Origin: a virus
Taxonomy: Duplodnaviria > Caudoviricetes
DNA: 64,000 nucleotides
Virus record (IMG/VR): IMGVR_UViG_3300037755_000886
Coordinates: 1 to 64,000 of that record
Reading direction: 5' to 3' (one strand)
Both the position numbers and the translations under genes were made by a program. Shown in pieces: positions 51,540-60,490 of this stretch (its first letter is position 1; every line of letters begins with the position of its first letter). The notes under the pieces are model-generated. The model did not search any database and was not told the DNA's origin. It saw only the letters and a program-made list of their open reading frames with translations.

Positions 51540-51823
51540 TCGAGCCCACCGACACCTCAACCTCGCCCCTCGTCACCGCGGCGCTCGCGGTGGGCCTCGC
51601 CGCCTACGTCGTTGCTGTGGTCTGGCTGCTCGCCGTCCTCATCCCGGCCATCCTCGTCCTCGTCGACGCCCATCTCCTCCCGGCCATCGTCGACGTCGCC
51701 GAGCAGCTCCCCGGCCAGCTGGCCGCGGCGCCGGTCTGGGTGCAACTCCTCGTCGGCGTGGTCGCCGTGACGGGCCTCGGCGCGCTCGTCTGGGGCGGCC
51801 GGGCGAGCGCACCCGTCGACTGA
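51536..51823 (+). CDS. Two-TM membrane protein
   Basis: GGAGG RBS, hydrophobic. Confidence 0.6.
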   Translation: MIEPTDTSTSPLVTAALAVGLAAYVVAVVWLLAVLIPAILVLVDAHLLPAIVDVAEQLPGQLAAAPVWVQLLVGVVAVTGLGALVWGGRASAPVD

Positions 51824-51902
51824 CCGCCGGGAGCGGGCCGCATCCCCATGCGACCCGCCCCCTCGACCCTCTAGCCCCCCGGCTGAGGGTCGGATCTTGC
51901 CG

Positions 51903-52274
51903 TCAGGCGGTCAGGCGTGACCGCATCGGCTCGACGCTCAGCCCCTTGTGGGGCGTGTGCCGGTCGGGGCTGCAGGCAGCGAACGGGCCGAAGGTCGACT
52001 GCATGGCGGCAAGGTGCCGGTCGAGGTGGTCGAGCATCCAGGACGAGTAGGCGAGCGCGTCGCCGTGGGTCGTGACCTGCAGCCACGAGGCGTACAGGAC
52101 CCGCATCCGGGTGACGACCTCGGGGTGGCGGTCCCACTGCTGGCACCACCGGAGCGTGTTGCTGGCCCGGCGCTCGAGCACGTCGACGAACCAGAGCTGC
52201 ACCCAGGCGGCCAGCTCGTCCATGGTCGGCTCGGCGGTAGCGGGCGCGGATGGGTGGAGGTTGGTGACGGTCAC
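51903..52274 (-). CDS. DUF4913-domain protein (conjugative-element associated)
   Basis: WCQQWDRHPEVVTRMRVLYASW..SSW..DHLDRH..FGPFAAC..H. Confidence 0.85.
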   Translation of the reverse strand: MTVTNLHPSAPATAEPTMDELAAWVQLWFVDVLERRASNTLRWCQQWDRHPEVVTRMRVLYASWLQVTTHGDALAYSSWMLDHLDRHLAAMQSTFGPFAACSPDRHTPHKGLSVEPMRSRLTA

Positions 52275-53686
52275 GGCTTCCTCCTGAGCGTCTTGCCGAC
52301 CACCTGGGCCGGAGCGGGCGCAGGCTTCGACGTCCGGGGCTGCGGGGCCTGGTTGGCGGCGGCGGCCAGGCCGGGCGTGGCCGCGATCGCGGCCTGCATC
52401 GCTCCCCGGTGGGGCTGATGTGCGTACGACAGGCACGTGACCAACAGATTCGTGGTGCCCCGCGGTGCGCCGGTGGTGGAGTGGAGCGCAGCGGACGCGC
52501 TGGTCCGGGCATCGATGCCCCAACCGTCGGCGATCGCCTTCATCGAGTGGCCCTGCGAGACCAGCAAGGCCTGCGCCTTGGCCAGCGACTCGCCGGTGAC
52601 ACCCGCCGCCGCCAGACGCTCGGGCGACGCGACACCCTCACCCAACCTGGTCATCAGTTCCGCCTCGGCAGCCCCACCGAGCGGCTCGGGATCGGGGACC
52701 GCCTGGGGCTCATCGAAGACCGGCGCGGCCGCCATCATGGCGTCCGTCGGGGCGGCGCCGGCCGCCCGATGGCTGTCGTAGTGGGCCATTGCCGCCGGGT
52801 GCGTCGCCCGCAGGTTTTCCTCGGTGCGCGCCATCGCCTCGGCCGCGTACGCATCGGTTTCAGTGTGCGGCAGCGCGGACGCCCACACCCGCACGTTCGC
52901 TACCGGGTCCGATTGGCCCAGAGGATCCGTGGTCGACTGCGAGGACGCCGGGCGGCCCGCGGCCGCGCCCAAACCCGGCACGGCCCGACCGGCGGTGGCC
53001 TGCGGCTCGGGCGTCGACGGGGCCAACGTGACGTCCAACTCGGCGGCACAGGACGGCGTCGACGTCGCGGTCAGCTCCGGGTCCCGGCCGAGGATCGCCG
53101 TCAACTCCCCGACCGTGATCACGTCGGCGTCCTTGATGGCCATGTGGGTCCCGTAGTCGAGGACCCCGCACGCCTCGACGACGGAGACCCGGTAGATCTC
53201 CCAGTCGCCGGGCTCGGTGCCCTTGACGTACCCGGCCTCGCCGGGGAGGGGCAGGCGCTCGGCGACGAACGAGTGGCCCCGAGCGTTGCGCCAGGTGGCG
53301 GAGGTCTCGGTGAGGCTGAGGCTGTCGGGGGCGGGGCGGAGGTGGCTCGGTGCCGCCGTGTTGGTGTCAGTCCGCGTGCGCGGTGTCGTGGCATCGGGCG
53401 CAAGCTCGACCGCGGACGGCATGGCTGCCGCAGCCTCGACGATCCCGTCCCGCCACCTGCCCATCGCCTCAAAGTCCAGGCGGTCACCCACCCTGACATC
53501 GACGATCCGCCGCTGGAGCTTCGCGATCGTGTTCTGCCGGTAGTCGGTGGACACGTCGATCTGACTGGCGAGCTGACCGAGCTCGGCCTTGCGGAGCCCC
53601 AACCCGGCCACGTACGCAGCGGCCTCCTCGCGGGACTGCATCGCGTCGAGACGCCCACGCACCTCGACCGGATCGAAAGCGCTCAC
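52271..53686 (-). CDS. Ala/Pro-rich protein of ICE/plasmid type
   Basis: YD.HRA.GA.P..AM..AAPVF; low-complexity linkers. Confidence 0.55.
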   Translation of the reverse strand: MSAFDPVEVRGRLDAMQSREEAAAYVAGLGLRKAELGQLASQIDVSTDYRQNTIAKLQRRIVDVRVGDRLDFEAMGRWRDGIVEAAAAMPSAVELAPDATTPRTRTDTNTAAPSHLRPAPDSLSLTETSATWRNARGHSFVAERLPLPGEAGYVKGTEPGDWEIYRVSVVEACGVLDYGTHMAIKDADVITVGELTAILGRDPELTATSTPSCAAELDVTLAPSTPEPQATAGRAVPGLGAAAGRPASSQSTTDPLGQSDPVANVRVWASALPHTETDAYAAEAMARTEENLRATHPAAMAHYDSHRAAGAAPTDAMMAAAPVFDEPQAVPDPEPLGGAAEAELMTRLGEGVASPERLAAAGVTGESLAKAQALLVSQGHSMKAIADGWGIDARTSASAALHSTTGAPRGTTNLLVTCLSYAHQPHRGAMQAAIAATPGLAAAANQAPQPRTSKPAPAPAQVVGKTLRRKP

Positions 53687-53991
53687 GACGAACCGCCGAT
53701 CCCGACGTCGGCCAACCAGGCCAACACCATCGGGCGAATCGCCGGGTCGGCGAGCGTGTCACGCACCACGCGGCCCTCACAGCGCGGGTCCGCCGAGGAC
53801 TGCCACTCGTCGAGCGCCTCCTCGATGAGCACGTCGAGCGGGTGCGGGGCCGGCAGCTCCGGCTTGGCGTCGACCACCACGACGTCGACGTCACCGGCGG
53901 CGATCGCGTCGACGACATCGGGGGGCAGACGACGGTAGGCCTTGCTAGAGCGGGGGTGGGAGTGGGTGAGTGGGGCGTTGATGTCGATCAT
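53683..53991 (-). CDS. Hypothetical protein
   Basis: GGAGG RBS; coupled. Confidence 0.55.
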   Translation of the reverse strand: MIDINAPLTHSHPRSSKAYRRLPPDVVDAIAAGDVDVVVVDAKPELPAPHPLDVLIEEALDEWQSSADPRCEGRVVRDTLADPAIRPMVLAWLADVGIGGSS

Positions 53992-54059
53992 GGGGGCCTC
54001 CGGGGGCGGTGACGGGGAGTGACGGTCAGGTCGGTGGGCGGGGGAAACGGTGGATGGTT

Positions 54060-54221
54060 GGGATCGGGGGGTTTCGGGGGATCGGGGGGTGGGGGTCCCA
54101 TCCGATGTGAACTATGTGAAATGTGCAGGTCAGGGCTGGTTTCTGCGATGTGAAGTGGCATGTGAGGCGCGGTGTGAACTCACATCACCTCACAGCGCGA
54201 CTTCACATCGCCGGTTCACGT
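54060..54221. repeat. clt/oriT-like short-repeat array directly downstream of the translocase gene
   Basis: Six (A/G)TGTG(A/C)(A/G) copies 54105-54178 facing four inverted copies 54179-54221; GGATCGGGGG repeats upstream. Confidence 0.6.
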
Positions 54222-56288
54222 CCGGTCGACGACGTCACGGCGACGCACCGCGCGACGGTTGCCGTGCTGACGGGACGGCTCGATCGGGACCTTGGCGTCC
54301 CGGAGCTGCTCAACGAGCGCCTCAACGTCGACACCGAGGCGGACCGTGAGGTCATCGACCGGGACCACGTTCTCGTCGCCCATCGCATCGAGCACCCGGG
54401 CCAGCAGGTCGCCGGTCTCCTTGGCCAGCTGCACCTTCGGTGGTGCCGGCGCCCGTCGGACCAGATCGACGCCGAGGGCCCCGATGCGCTCGTGGTCCTG
54501 CTGGCTGAACAGGTAGGTCTTGACCTGCTGGATGCCCTTGTGTGCCTGGAAGCCCGACGGGTTGACGAGGCAAACGCCCTGGTAGTCGTCGGGCCAGCGG
54601 CTCGTGTCGTAGCCGTCACCCACCCGGCCGGTGCCGAGGACCAGGTTCGAGTCGGCGGCGTTCATCGTGCGGAACGCCACCCGGATCCCGAGCGATGCCT
54701 GTGCGCCACCGAGGGTGTCGGAGTCGAAGCGCTGGCCGGCGATGATCGGGACGATGCCGCCGGAACGCACCATCTGTGACAGGCCCATGACCCGCTCCTG
54801 GATCAGGGACCCGTGCTTGCGGTGGGCGACCAGGAAGTTGAGCTCGTCGATGATGACCGGAACCAGGGGCAGCCCGAACTCGGGGTTGCCGGTCACGGCC
54901 GGGGTGATCTGGCCGTGCGGCATGAGTCTGGGGTCTTCGCGGCGCAGGCTCGAGATCAGCTTGGCCCGGTCCTCGCGCATCCCGTAGACGACGTCCAGCA
55001 TCTCCAGGCACCGCTTGGCGCCGTCGTCACCGCACCCCTCGCCGGACCACAGGACCGCTTTCTCGTACATCGAGAACCCGCCCTCGCCCTTGCCGTCGTG
55101 GTACAGCGGCGTGGCCCGCGGGTCCAGGACCCCGGCGGCGAGAAGAGCCAGGACCAGCGTGGACTTCCCGTAGCCGGGAGCCGAGCAGATCCATGCACCG
55201 GAGGTCCCCGGGAGGACCAGGCCGTAGAGGTCCCCGAGGACCGTGGTCCCGACCGGGACCGGGTCCCACATGCTGAAGGTCCCGAGGTCCGCGAGTGGGG
55301 ACCGCACGGGGTCCGCGGTCATGGGGTCCTCGTTGAAGATCGTGAGGAGGACCTGCCCGGCGTGTCCGGCCCTGGACAGGAGAAGGCGCTGCTCAGCGAC
55401 CCGAAACGCCGAGGCCAACTCCTCCCGCTTGGCGAGGACCTTGGAGGCCGTGGTCCCCTCGGGGAGGTCGATGAGGCCCTCCCAGCCCTCGGGTCCCCGG
55501 TCCCGGAGATACATGCCGCCAACGGTCATGGTGCCGGGGAAACTGGCGGCCGTGAAGCTGGCGACGACGCGGTCCGAGCGGACCAGGGTGCGGGCCGGGT
55601 CCTCCGATCCTGCGGTCCTCACGGGACCCGCGTCCGGGTCCGGGTCCCCGTTGGGCCGGCCGTTGTGGATGAGGACCGCGAGGACCCCGGCGGCGAGGAC
55701 CGCACGGAGGACCGGGGAGACCTCGGGGGACACGATCAGGAGGACCGCGGCGAGGACCGCGGCGAGGACCGCGCAGGTCTTCCACGTTCGCTCGTTGCGG
55801 GTCCGGTGGCGCTCCTTGCGCTCGTACTGCCGGGCCCGCCCGTTCTTGTTCTCGGCGGCGTGGCGCTCCATCGCCAGGGTCTCGGCGTCGATCGCGTAGC
55901 GGACCAGGTGAAGGGAGAGCCGCCACCCGCCCCGAACCGCCCACCCGACTGGGCGGACCGCGTACCCGCGCTTGATCCCGTGGTAGGCGGCCTGGTTGAC
56001 CCCGTACCGCCCGGCGTGCGTCACGTTGCGCCGGACCCCGCTCGCGGTCTTCGCCCACGGCGGCAGGATGGGGAGCATCGCCGGGGCGACCCGGCCCGAG
56101 TCCTCGGCGTTGACATCCGGCTCGGCGACCACCGACACAGGCGGAGGGGGCAGGGTGTCGAGCTCGACCGTGTCCTCCGGATACGGGTCCCGCGGGTACG
56201 CCTGCCCCAGATAGATCTCCTGGTCGTCACCGCGTTTGAGGAGGTTCAGGGCGCGGCGGCCGTTCTGGTGGTCCGTGGTCGCGGTCAC
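54216..56288 (-). CDS. FtsK/SpoIIIE-family conjugal DNA translocase (TraB-like)
   Basis: TM segments, Walker A APGYGKST, Walker B IIDE, RSGGI..AGQR, C-terminal wHTH-like domain. Confidence 0.88.
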   Translation of the reverse strand: MTATTDHQNGRRALNLLKRGDDQEIYLGQAYPRDPYPEDTVELDTLPPPPVSVVAEPDVNAEDSGRVAPAMLPILPPWAKTASGVRRNVTHAGRYGVNQAAYHGIKRGYAVRPVGWAVRGGWRLSLHLVRYAIDAETLAMERHAAENKNGRARQYERKERHRTRNERTWKTCAVLAAVLAAVLLIVSPEVSPVLRAVLAAGVLAVLIHNGRPNGDPDPDAGPVRTAGSEDPARTLVRSDRVVASFTAASFPGTMTVGGMYLRDRGPEGWEGLIDLPEGTTASKVLAKREELASAFRVAEQRLLLSRAGHAGQVLLTIFNEDPMTADPVRSPLADLGTFSMWDPVPVGTTVLGDLYGLVLPGTSGAWICSAPGYGKSTLVLALLAAGVLDPRATPLYHDGKGEGGFSMYEKAVLWSGEGCGDDGAKRCLEMLDVVYGMREDRAKLISSLRREDPRLMPHGQITPAVTGNPEFGLPLVPVIIDELNFLVAHRKHGSLIQERVMGLSQMVRSGGIVPIIAGQRFDSDTLGGAQASLGIRVAFRTMNAADSNLVLGTGRVGDGYDTSRWPDDYQGVCLVNPSGFQAHKGIQQVKTYLFSQQDHERIGALGVDLVRRAPAPPKVQLAKETGDLLARVLDAMGDENVVPVDDLTVRLGVDVEALVEQLRDAKVPIEPSRQHGNRRAVRRRDVVDRT

Positions 56289-56431
56289 GGCGCGCTCACC
56301 GCGGTGATGCAGCAGCTGGCGCCGGGCCGGACGATCGGCGCCGGCGGGTTGGTGATCAGCAACACGAGGCCGATGGCCCACGTGATCAGCCACACGGTGG
56401 CCAGCAGGAGCGGGGGCGGACGGTTACGCAT
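56285..56431 (-). CDS. Small single-TM protein
   Basis: MRNRPPPLLLATVWLITWAIGLVLLI; GGAGGAG RBS. Confidence 0.5.
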   Translation of the reverse strand: MRNRPPPLLLATVWLITWAIGLVLLITNPPAPIVRPGASCCITAVSAP

Positions 56432-57377
56432 CGGGGGTCTCCTCCATGCGGGCACGGGCGAGGGGCAGGATCTGGAGGCGGACCCGGTCGTTGTTGACCC
56501 GGTGCCCCTTCTTGCGCAGGGCCTCGGCCAAGGGCTTCCAGCTGGACAGCACGCCTGGATCGGCGGCGGCCAGTCGGCAGGCGACTGCGGCAAGCTCGTC
56601 GTCGGTCAGCGCCGCCTTGGTGGCCGGCCGGCGCGCCGGGGGCCGTTTGGCCGGGGCCGGCCGGGTGACCCGCGGGCGTTCAGGAGCCTCCGTCACCTCG
56701 ACCGGTGCCGGGCCGGTGGGCTCCTCCTCCTGCTCGTCGACGTCGATCCCGGCGGCCGCGGCGATGATCCGGTACAGCTCCCGCTTGCGCGCCGGCGCGG
56801 CAGCGAGCGATCCGTGCCGGTCGGTCAACCGGGCCAGGAACCGGCGGCGCTCCAAGTCGAGGGCCTCGGCGTACGAGGTGATGCCCCACACCCGCATGCG
56901 GCGCCACAGGCGGAGCGTCGGCCACGGCGCGCACACCCAGCGGGCCAGCGGGATCCGGTCGGCGACCTCAACGAGGCGGGCCGTCATCGTGGCCTTGGCG
57001 GCCTCAACAGCGGCGGCGAACAGGGCGGGCAGGGCGGCGTGGCCGAGGATCCCGAACAGCCCGGTCTTGCCGGCGACGTTCAACGCGATCGTGACGCCGA
57101 TGAGCGCCCACGCGAACCAGCGGAGCCAGGCGACCTTGCGCTCCCCGCGGGTGAGAGCGAAGTCGAGGCCGGTGAAGAAGGCGATGGCGCCGTCAACGCT
57201 CGCGGGCAGCAGCCACGGCCGGTCCCATCCGTCGGCCGCGGCGACGGCGGCGACGTTCGTGAACGAGCCGATGGCGCCGAACGCTCCGAGGGCGGCGACA
57301 CCCGTCAGCATGACGGGGAGCAGCAGGTCCCGGGAGACGCCCGAGGGGCGGACGCGGTCGAGAAGCGCGGCGGTCAT
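56424..57377 (-). CDS. DUF2637 membrane protein (spread/transfer associated)
   Basis: GSF..V..A..W..PWLLPASVDG..LNV..HA.LP; RW...PW.T.RLWRRM..W.I.SY. Confidence 0.88.
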   Translation of the reverse strand: MTAALLDRVRPSGVSRDLLLPVMLTGVAALGAFGAIGSFTNVAAVAAADGWDRPWLLPASVDGAIAFFTGLDFALTRGERKVAWLRWFAWALIGVTIALNVAGKTGLFGILGHAALPALFAAAVEAAKATMTARLVEVADRIPLARWVCAPWPTLRLWRRMRVWGITSYAEALDLERRRFLARLTDRHGSLAAAPARKRELYRIIAAAAGIDVDEQEEEPTGPAPVEVTEAPERPRVTRPAPAKRPPARRPATKAALTDDELAAVACRLAAADPGVLSSWKPLAEALRKKGHRVNNDRVRLQILPLARARMEETPDA

Positions 57378-57961
57378 CGGAACACCCCGGCGCGTCGCTG
57401 CCCGTTGGTGCGCTGCTGATGGCACGACCGACCGCCACCCCCGCAGAGGGTGCGCAGGTTGGCGAGGTGATGGATGCAACCCGGCTCCCGATGGCGGCCG
57501 AGTGCAGCGTCGATGTGGTCGACCTCGAGATGCTCGGCGCTCCCGCACTGGGTGCACCGGTAGCCGTCCATGCGGCGACGGGCTGAGCGGGCCCGGTCGA
57601 ACACATGGTTCTCGTTGGCCTCGTCAGCGCACCGTGGGCCGCAGAAGTTGTAGCGGTTCCGGGGGATCAGCCCGTTGCACCACCGGCACGCCCACGGCCC
57701 ACCCTGCCAAGCGGACAGGACGCACGCCCGGTAGATGTCGTCGCCCTGGAGCACCGGCGGACGGGGACGGGACTGCTCCCGGTGCAACCACTTCCCGAGC
57801 ACGACGTAGGCCAGCCCGGCAAGGGCCGCGTCGATGGCGCGCCGCTCGATGTGGTGCGCCCACCGGTGCATGGCCCGGCGCAGGGATCGGCCGGCGACCC
57901 GCAGGACGAGGAACCCGAGCGCGACGAACACGACGAAGAGGAGGGTGAGGTCGGCGGTCAC
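57374..57961 (-). CDS. Membrane-anchored HNH endonuclease
   Basis: Two N-terminal TM segments; CRWC..FCGPRC; CTQCG..LEVDHI..NLRTLC..CH. Confidence 0.85.
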   Translation of the reverse strand: MTADLTLLFVVFVALGFLVLRVAGRSLRRAMHRWAHHIERRAIDAALAGLAYVVLGKWLHREQSRPRPPVLQGDDIYRACVLSAWQGGPWACRWCNGLIPRNRYNFCGPRCADEANENHVFDRARSARRRMDGYRCTQCGSAEHLEVDHIDAALGRHREPGCIHHLANLRTLCGGGGRSCHQQRTNGQRRAGVFR

Positions 57962-59037
57962 GGCCGGTCCCCGTTGCCGTTGCTGCCGTTGCCCGCGTGG
58001 GCGGGCGCCGGGGGTGGCACGTAGCCGGCCCAGTCGTTGCGGGCGTGCTGGTCGAGGGCGAGTCCGGCCAGGAACTCGCGGGTGTCCGCATGGACCTCAC
58101 CGGCTCGGGTGCGCCACGCCTCGGCTTCCGGGCTCGGGCTAGCGTTCGGCGCGGGCGGGCCCGGCTCGGCGAACGGACGCGGCACGTACCCGGCGGGGAC
58201 CAGTGGCTCGGCGAGTTCGTCGTGCGGGTAGTCGGCGGGACCCGCTTTGCGCTCGGCCCGCTTCGCCTTCCGGTCGGCCTTGCGCTGCGCCCGGGTCTTC
58301 TTCGGCGGCCGGGTCTGGCGCATCAACCACCGGTCGATGCGGCCGGGGCTCGACAGCTCCTCGTCGGGCACGCCGGCCTCGCGCTCGGCAGCCCACTGCC
58401 GCCCCCACGCGTCGCGGCGCCACATGCCGAAGCGCCGTACCTGGCGGGCGTCGCGGTGCCCTGCCCGCCAGTCGGATGCGACCCCGCGTGCCGCGCCCCG
58501 GATGCCCCGGCGCTTCACACGGCGGACCGTGAGGCGGCACAGGCTCATCACGGCCAGGAACATGCAGCCGATCGACGAGACGATGGCGCCGATGTGGAAG
58601 CCGTCGGCGAGCAGCCCCGCGGTGCGGGCCGGCCGGCCGGTAGGCGTCAACGTGAGCAGCGGCTGCGGCCCGTCCTTCGACGGGATGAACCCGCCGCTGC
58701 CGTCGGATGTCGGCATGCACTTGGGCGGCCAGTCCTCACATCGAATGCCCATTGACCGCTCAACCTGCGGTGTGACCGCGATCGTGTCGGCCACCGTCGC
58801 CATGGCGGCGTACAGCGGCCAGCAGATCAGTGCCGTGAGGACCGGCGAGAAGACCAGGAACCGGAGTCCCCACCGGACACCCCGGGTCGCGACCCGCGCG
58901 CCGACGAGCGCGTGGCTGAGGTCGAGGTGCAGGGGTGCGCCCTGCACTACCGCGTGTGCCGCGCTCGCACCATTTGCGGCGGCCTGGCTGGCGGTCTGGC
59001 GCAGCACCGTCCCAGTCGACTGAGGCGACAGGCCCAT
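57958..59037 (-). CDS. Two-TM membrane protein with basic cytoplasmic tail
   Basis: Hydrophobic segments; Cys pair in the outer loop. Confidence 0.65.
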   Translation of the reverse strand: MGLSPQSTGTVLRQTASQAAANGASAAHAVVQGAPLHLDLSHALVGARVATRGVRWGLRFLVFSPVLTALICWPLYAAMATVADTIAVTPQVERSMGIRCEDWPPKCMPTSDGSGGFIPSKDGPQPLLTLTPTGRPARTAGLLADGFHIGAIVSSIGCMFLAVMSLCRLTVRRVKRRGIRGAARGVASDWRAGHRDARQVRRFGMWRRDAWGRQWAAEREAGVPDEELSSPGRIDRWLMRQTRPPKKTRAQRKADRKAKRAERKAGPADYPHDELAEPLVPAGYVPRPFAEPGPPAPNASPSPEAEAWRTRAGEVHADTREFLAGLALDQHARNDWAGYVPPPAPAHAGNGSNGNGDRP

Positions 59038-59040
59038 CGG

Positions 59041-59346
59041 TCAGGCCCCGATCCCGAGGAGCCCGAGGTGGTAGCGGAGGATCACGCCGGCGGGCACGGA
59101 CGTGACCGACGGTCCGTCGACTCCGCCGCCCTTGGCGCCACCGATCTTCTGGGCGATGGTCGTCAGAATGTCGATGCCGAGGGCGAACGCCGCGTCGTTT
59201 ACCTGGGCCAGGACGTTGTGGATCATCCCAACCCCGCCCAGCGACACCCCGAACATGGCGCCCAAGAGCATGCCGTCCCACTGGGCGCCCCGGCGCGCCT
59301 TGGCGTAGACGAGCAGGACCAAGAAGAACAGCGGTGGGGTGAGCAC
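59041..59346 (-). CDS. Small membrane protein (pilin/Spd-like)
   Basis: Two hydrophobic segments; GGAGG RBS; first gene of the transfer operon. Confidence 0.55.
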   Translation of the reverse strand: MLTPPLFFLVLLVYAKARRGAQWDGMLLGAMFGVSLGGVGMIHNVLAQVNDAAFALGIDILTTIAQKIGGAKGGGVDGPSVTSVPAGVILRYHLGLLGIGA

Positions 59347-59391
59347 GGGGCCTCCGGGAGCGAGGGGGGTGCGGCATCAGACGTGGCCATA

Positions 59392-59448
59392 CATGCAGTG
59401 TCAACACTACATAGCTGCTACCGTACCATGCAGTGGACTCACTACATA
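59392..59448. promoter_or_regulatory. Twin operators overlapping the transfer-operon promoter
   Basis: CATGCAGTG-N4-CACTACATA at 59392-59413 and 59427-59448; minus-strand TTGACA at 59399-59404. Confidence 0.7.
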
Positions 59449-59500
59449 CGGGCCCACGAGATCCGTTAGCGGGTGACTACCGTCAGGAGGTCAGCGGGCC

Positions 59501-59815
59501 GTGACAGCGAGGGGCCGGATACGGTCCTGTGCCGTGGCCCCCACGCGACCGCTCCTCAGTGACCTGATCAGTGCGCGGGAAGTGGCCCAACTACTTGGAC
59601 TCTCGGGACCAACGACGGTCAGCGTTTACCGGACCGCCAGGCGACCCGACGGCACGCTCCGCTACCCCGACTTCCCCCCTCCCGTGCTCCCCCGCCACGA
59701 CGACCCGACGAGCGGTCAGTACTGGTGGCGGCCAGACATCCTGAAATGGCGCGCCAAGCACCCAGCGATCGGGCGCCACCGATCCGACGGCGACGATGTC
59801 ACACCCCCCTCGTAG
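59501..59815 (+). CDS. AlpA-like HTH regulator (Kor-like repressor candidate)
   Basis: DLISAREVAQLLGLS..TVSVYR..DFPPP..YW...DI.KW. Confidence 0.8.
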   Translation: MTARGRIRSCAVAPTRPLLSDLISAREVAQLLGLSGPTTVSVYRTARRPDGTLRYPDFPPPVLPRHDDPTSGQYWWRPDILKWRAKHPAIGRHRSDGDDVTPPS

Positions 59816-59881
59816 TCTGAGGCCAGGCGCGCCACCGCCCGTCCCGTCCCGCCGCGAGGCCAGGGCGGAACGCGACAAAGT

Positions 59882-59919
59882 CCGCCGGCCGTGACCCCCG
59901 TGAGGGTCGCGGCCGGCGG
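59882..59919 (-). terminator. Terminator of the late/lysis operon
   Basis: 16-bp stem CCGCCGGCCG(T/C)GACCC, then ACTTT on the minus strand. Confidence 0.65.
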
Positions 59920-59947
59920 CAGCAAAGGTAGCGATCAGGGGTCGGGG

Positions 59948-60154
59948 TCAGGTCGTGTAGGTCACCCAGAAGTGCCAGGCCAACCACACGATGAACGCCG
60001 CGGTGATGGCGGCGGGGATGAACCGGTGGACGGTCTGGGTCAACGTGGGGTAGCGGTCGTGGCGGCGGCGCAGGGCCACGGCCTCGAGGGCGAGGAACGC
60101 CAGGAACCAGGCGGGCCACGCCAAGGTGAACAGGACAGACCAGGTGTCGTTCAC
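59948..60154 (-). CDS. Small two-TM protein of the lysis cassette
   Basis: Hydrophobic; follows the holin. Confidence 0.65.
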   Translation of the reverse strand: MNDTWSVLFTLAWPAWFLAFLALEAVALRRRHDRYPTLTQTVHRFIPAAITAAFIVWLAWHFWVTYTT

Positions 60155-60161
60155 GGCCGGG

Positions 60162-60446
60162 TCAGGGCCGCCCGTTGGGCCGTTCGGGTACGGCGACGTC
60201 GACCCGATTGGCGAGGTCGTTCACGGCGCCAGCAGCCGAGCGCGACTCGGTGATGGCGTCCCGGACGGTCGCAGTCGGGATCACGTTGTAGCGGGTGAGG
60301 ATCCCGGCGAGCAGCGGCAGGCCGACCAGGATCGCGGACCAGGCGTTGAAGCCTCCGCCGGCGTCCTGTCCGGCGCGGATGATCTCGGTGACTGCGGCGA
60401 GCACAGCAGCGGCGAGCGCGGCGATCACTGCGGGTTCCTTCTTCAT
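60162..60446 (-). CDS. Holin-like protein
   Basis: EPAV start, two TM segments, R..V.P motif, lysis position. Confidence 0.7.
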   Translation of the reverse strand: MKKEPAVIAALAAAVLAAVTEIIRAGQDAGGGFNAWSAILVGLPLLAGILTRYNVIPTATVRDAITESRSAAGAVNDLANRVDVAVPERPNGRP

Positions 60447-60490
60447 GGGGTGTGTCCTCCTCGGACGGTTTGGTCGGTGGGAGAACGGGG

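Noticed and set aside
54216-56288. Host chromosomal ftsK or phage packaging ATPase
   Set aside because: Context (DUF2637, DUF4913, repeat array) and architecture fit a TraB-like conjugal translocase; no terminase nuclease motifs.
54813-57419. 868-aa plus-strand ORF and the many other long antisense ORFs
   Set aside because: Shadow frames of high-GC genes: low-complexity R/G/P content, no RBS, opposite well-supported genes.
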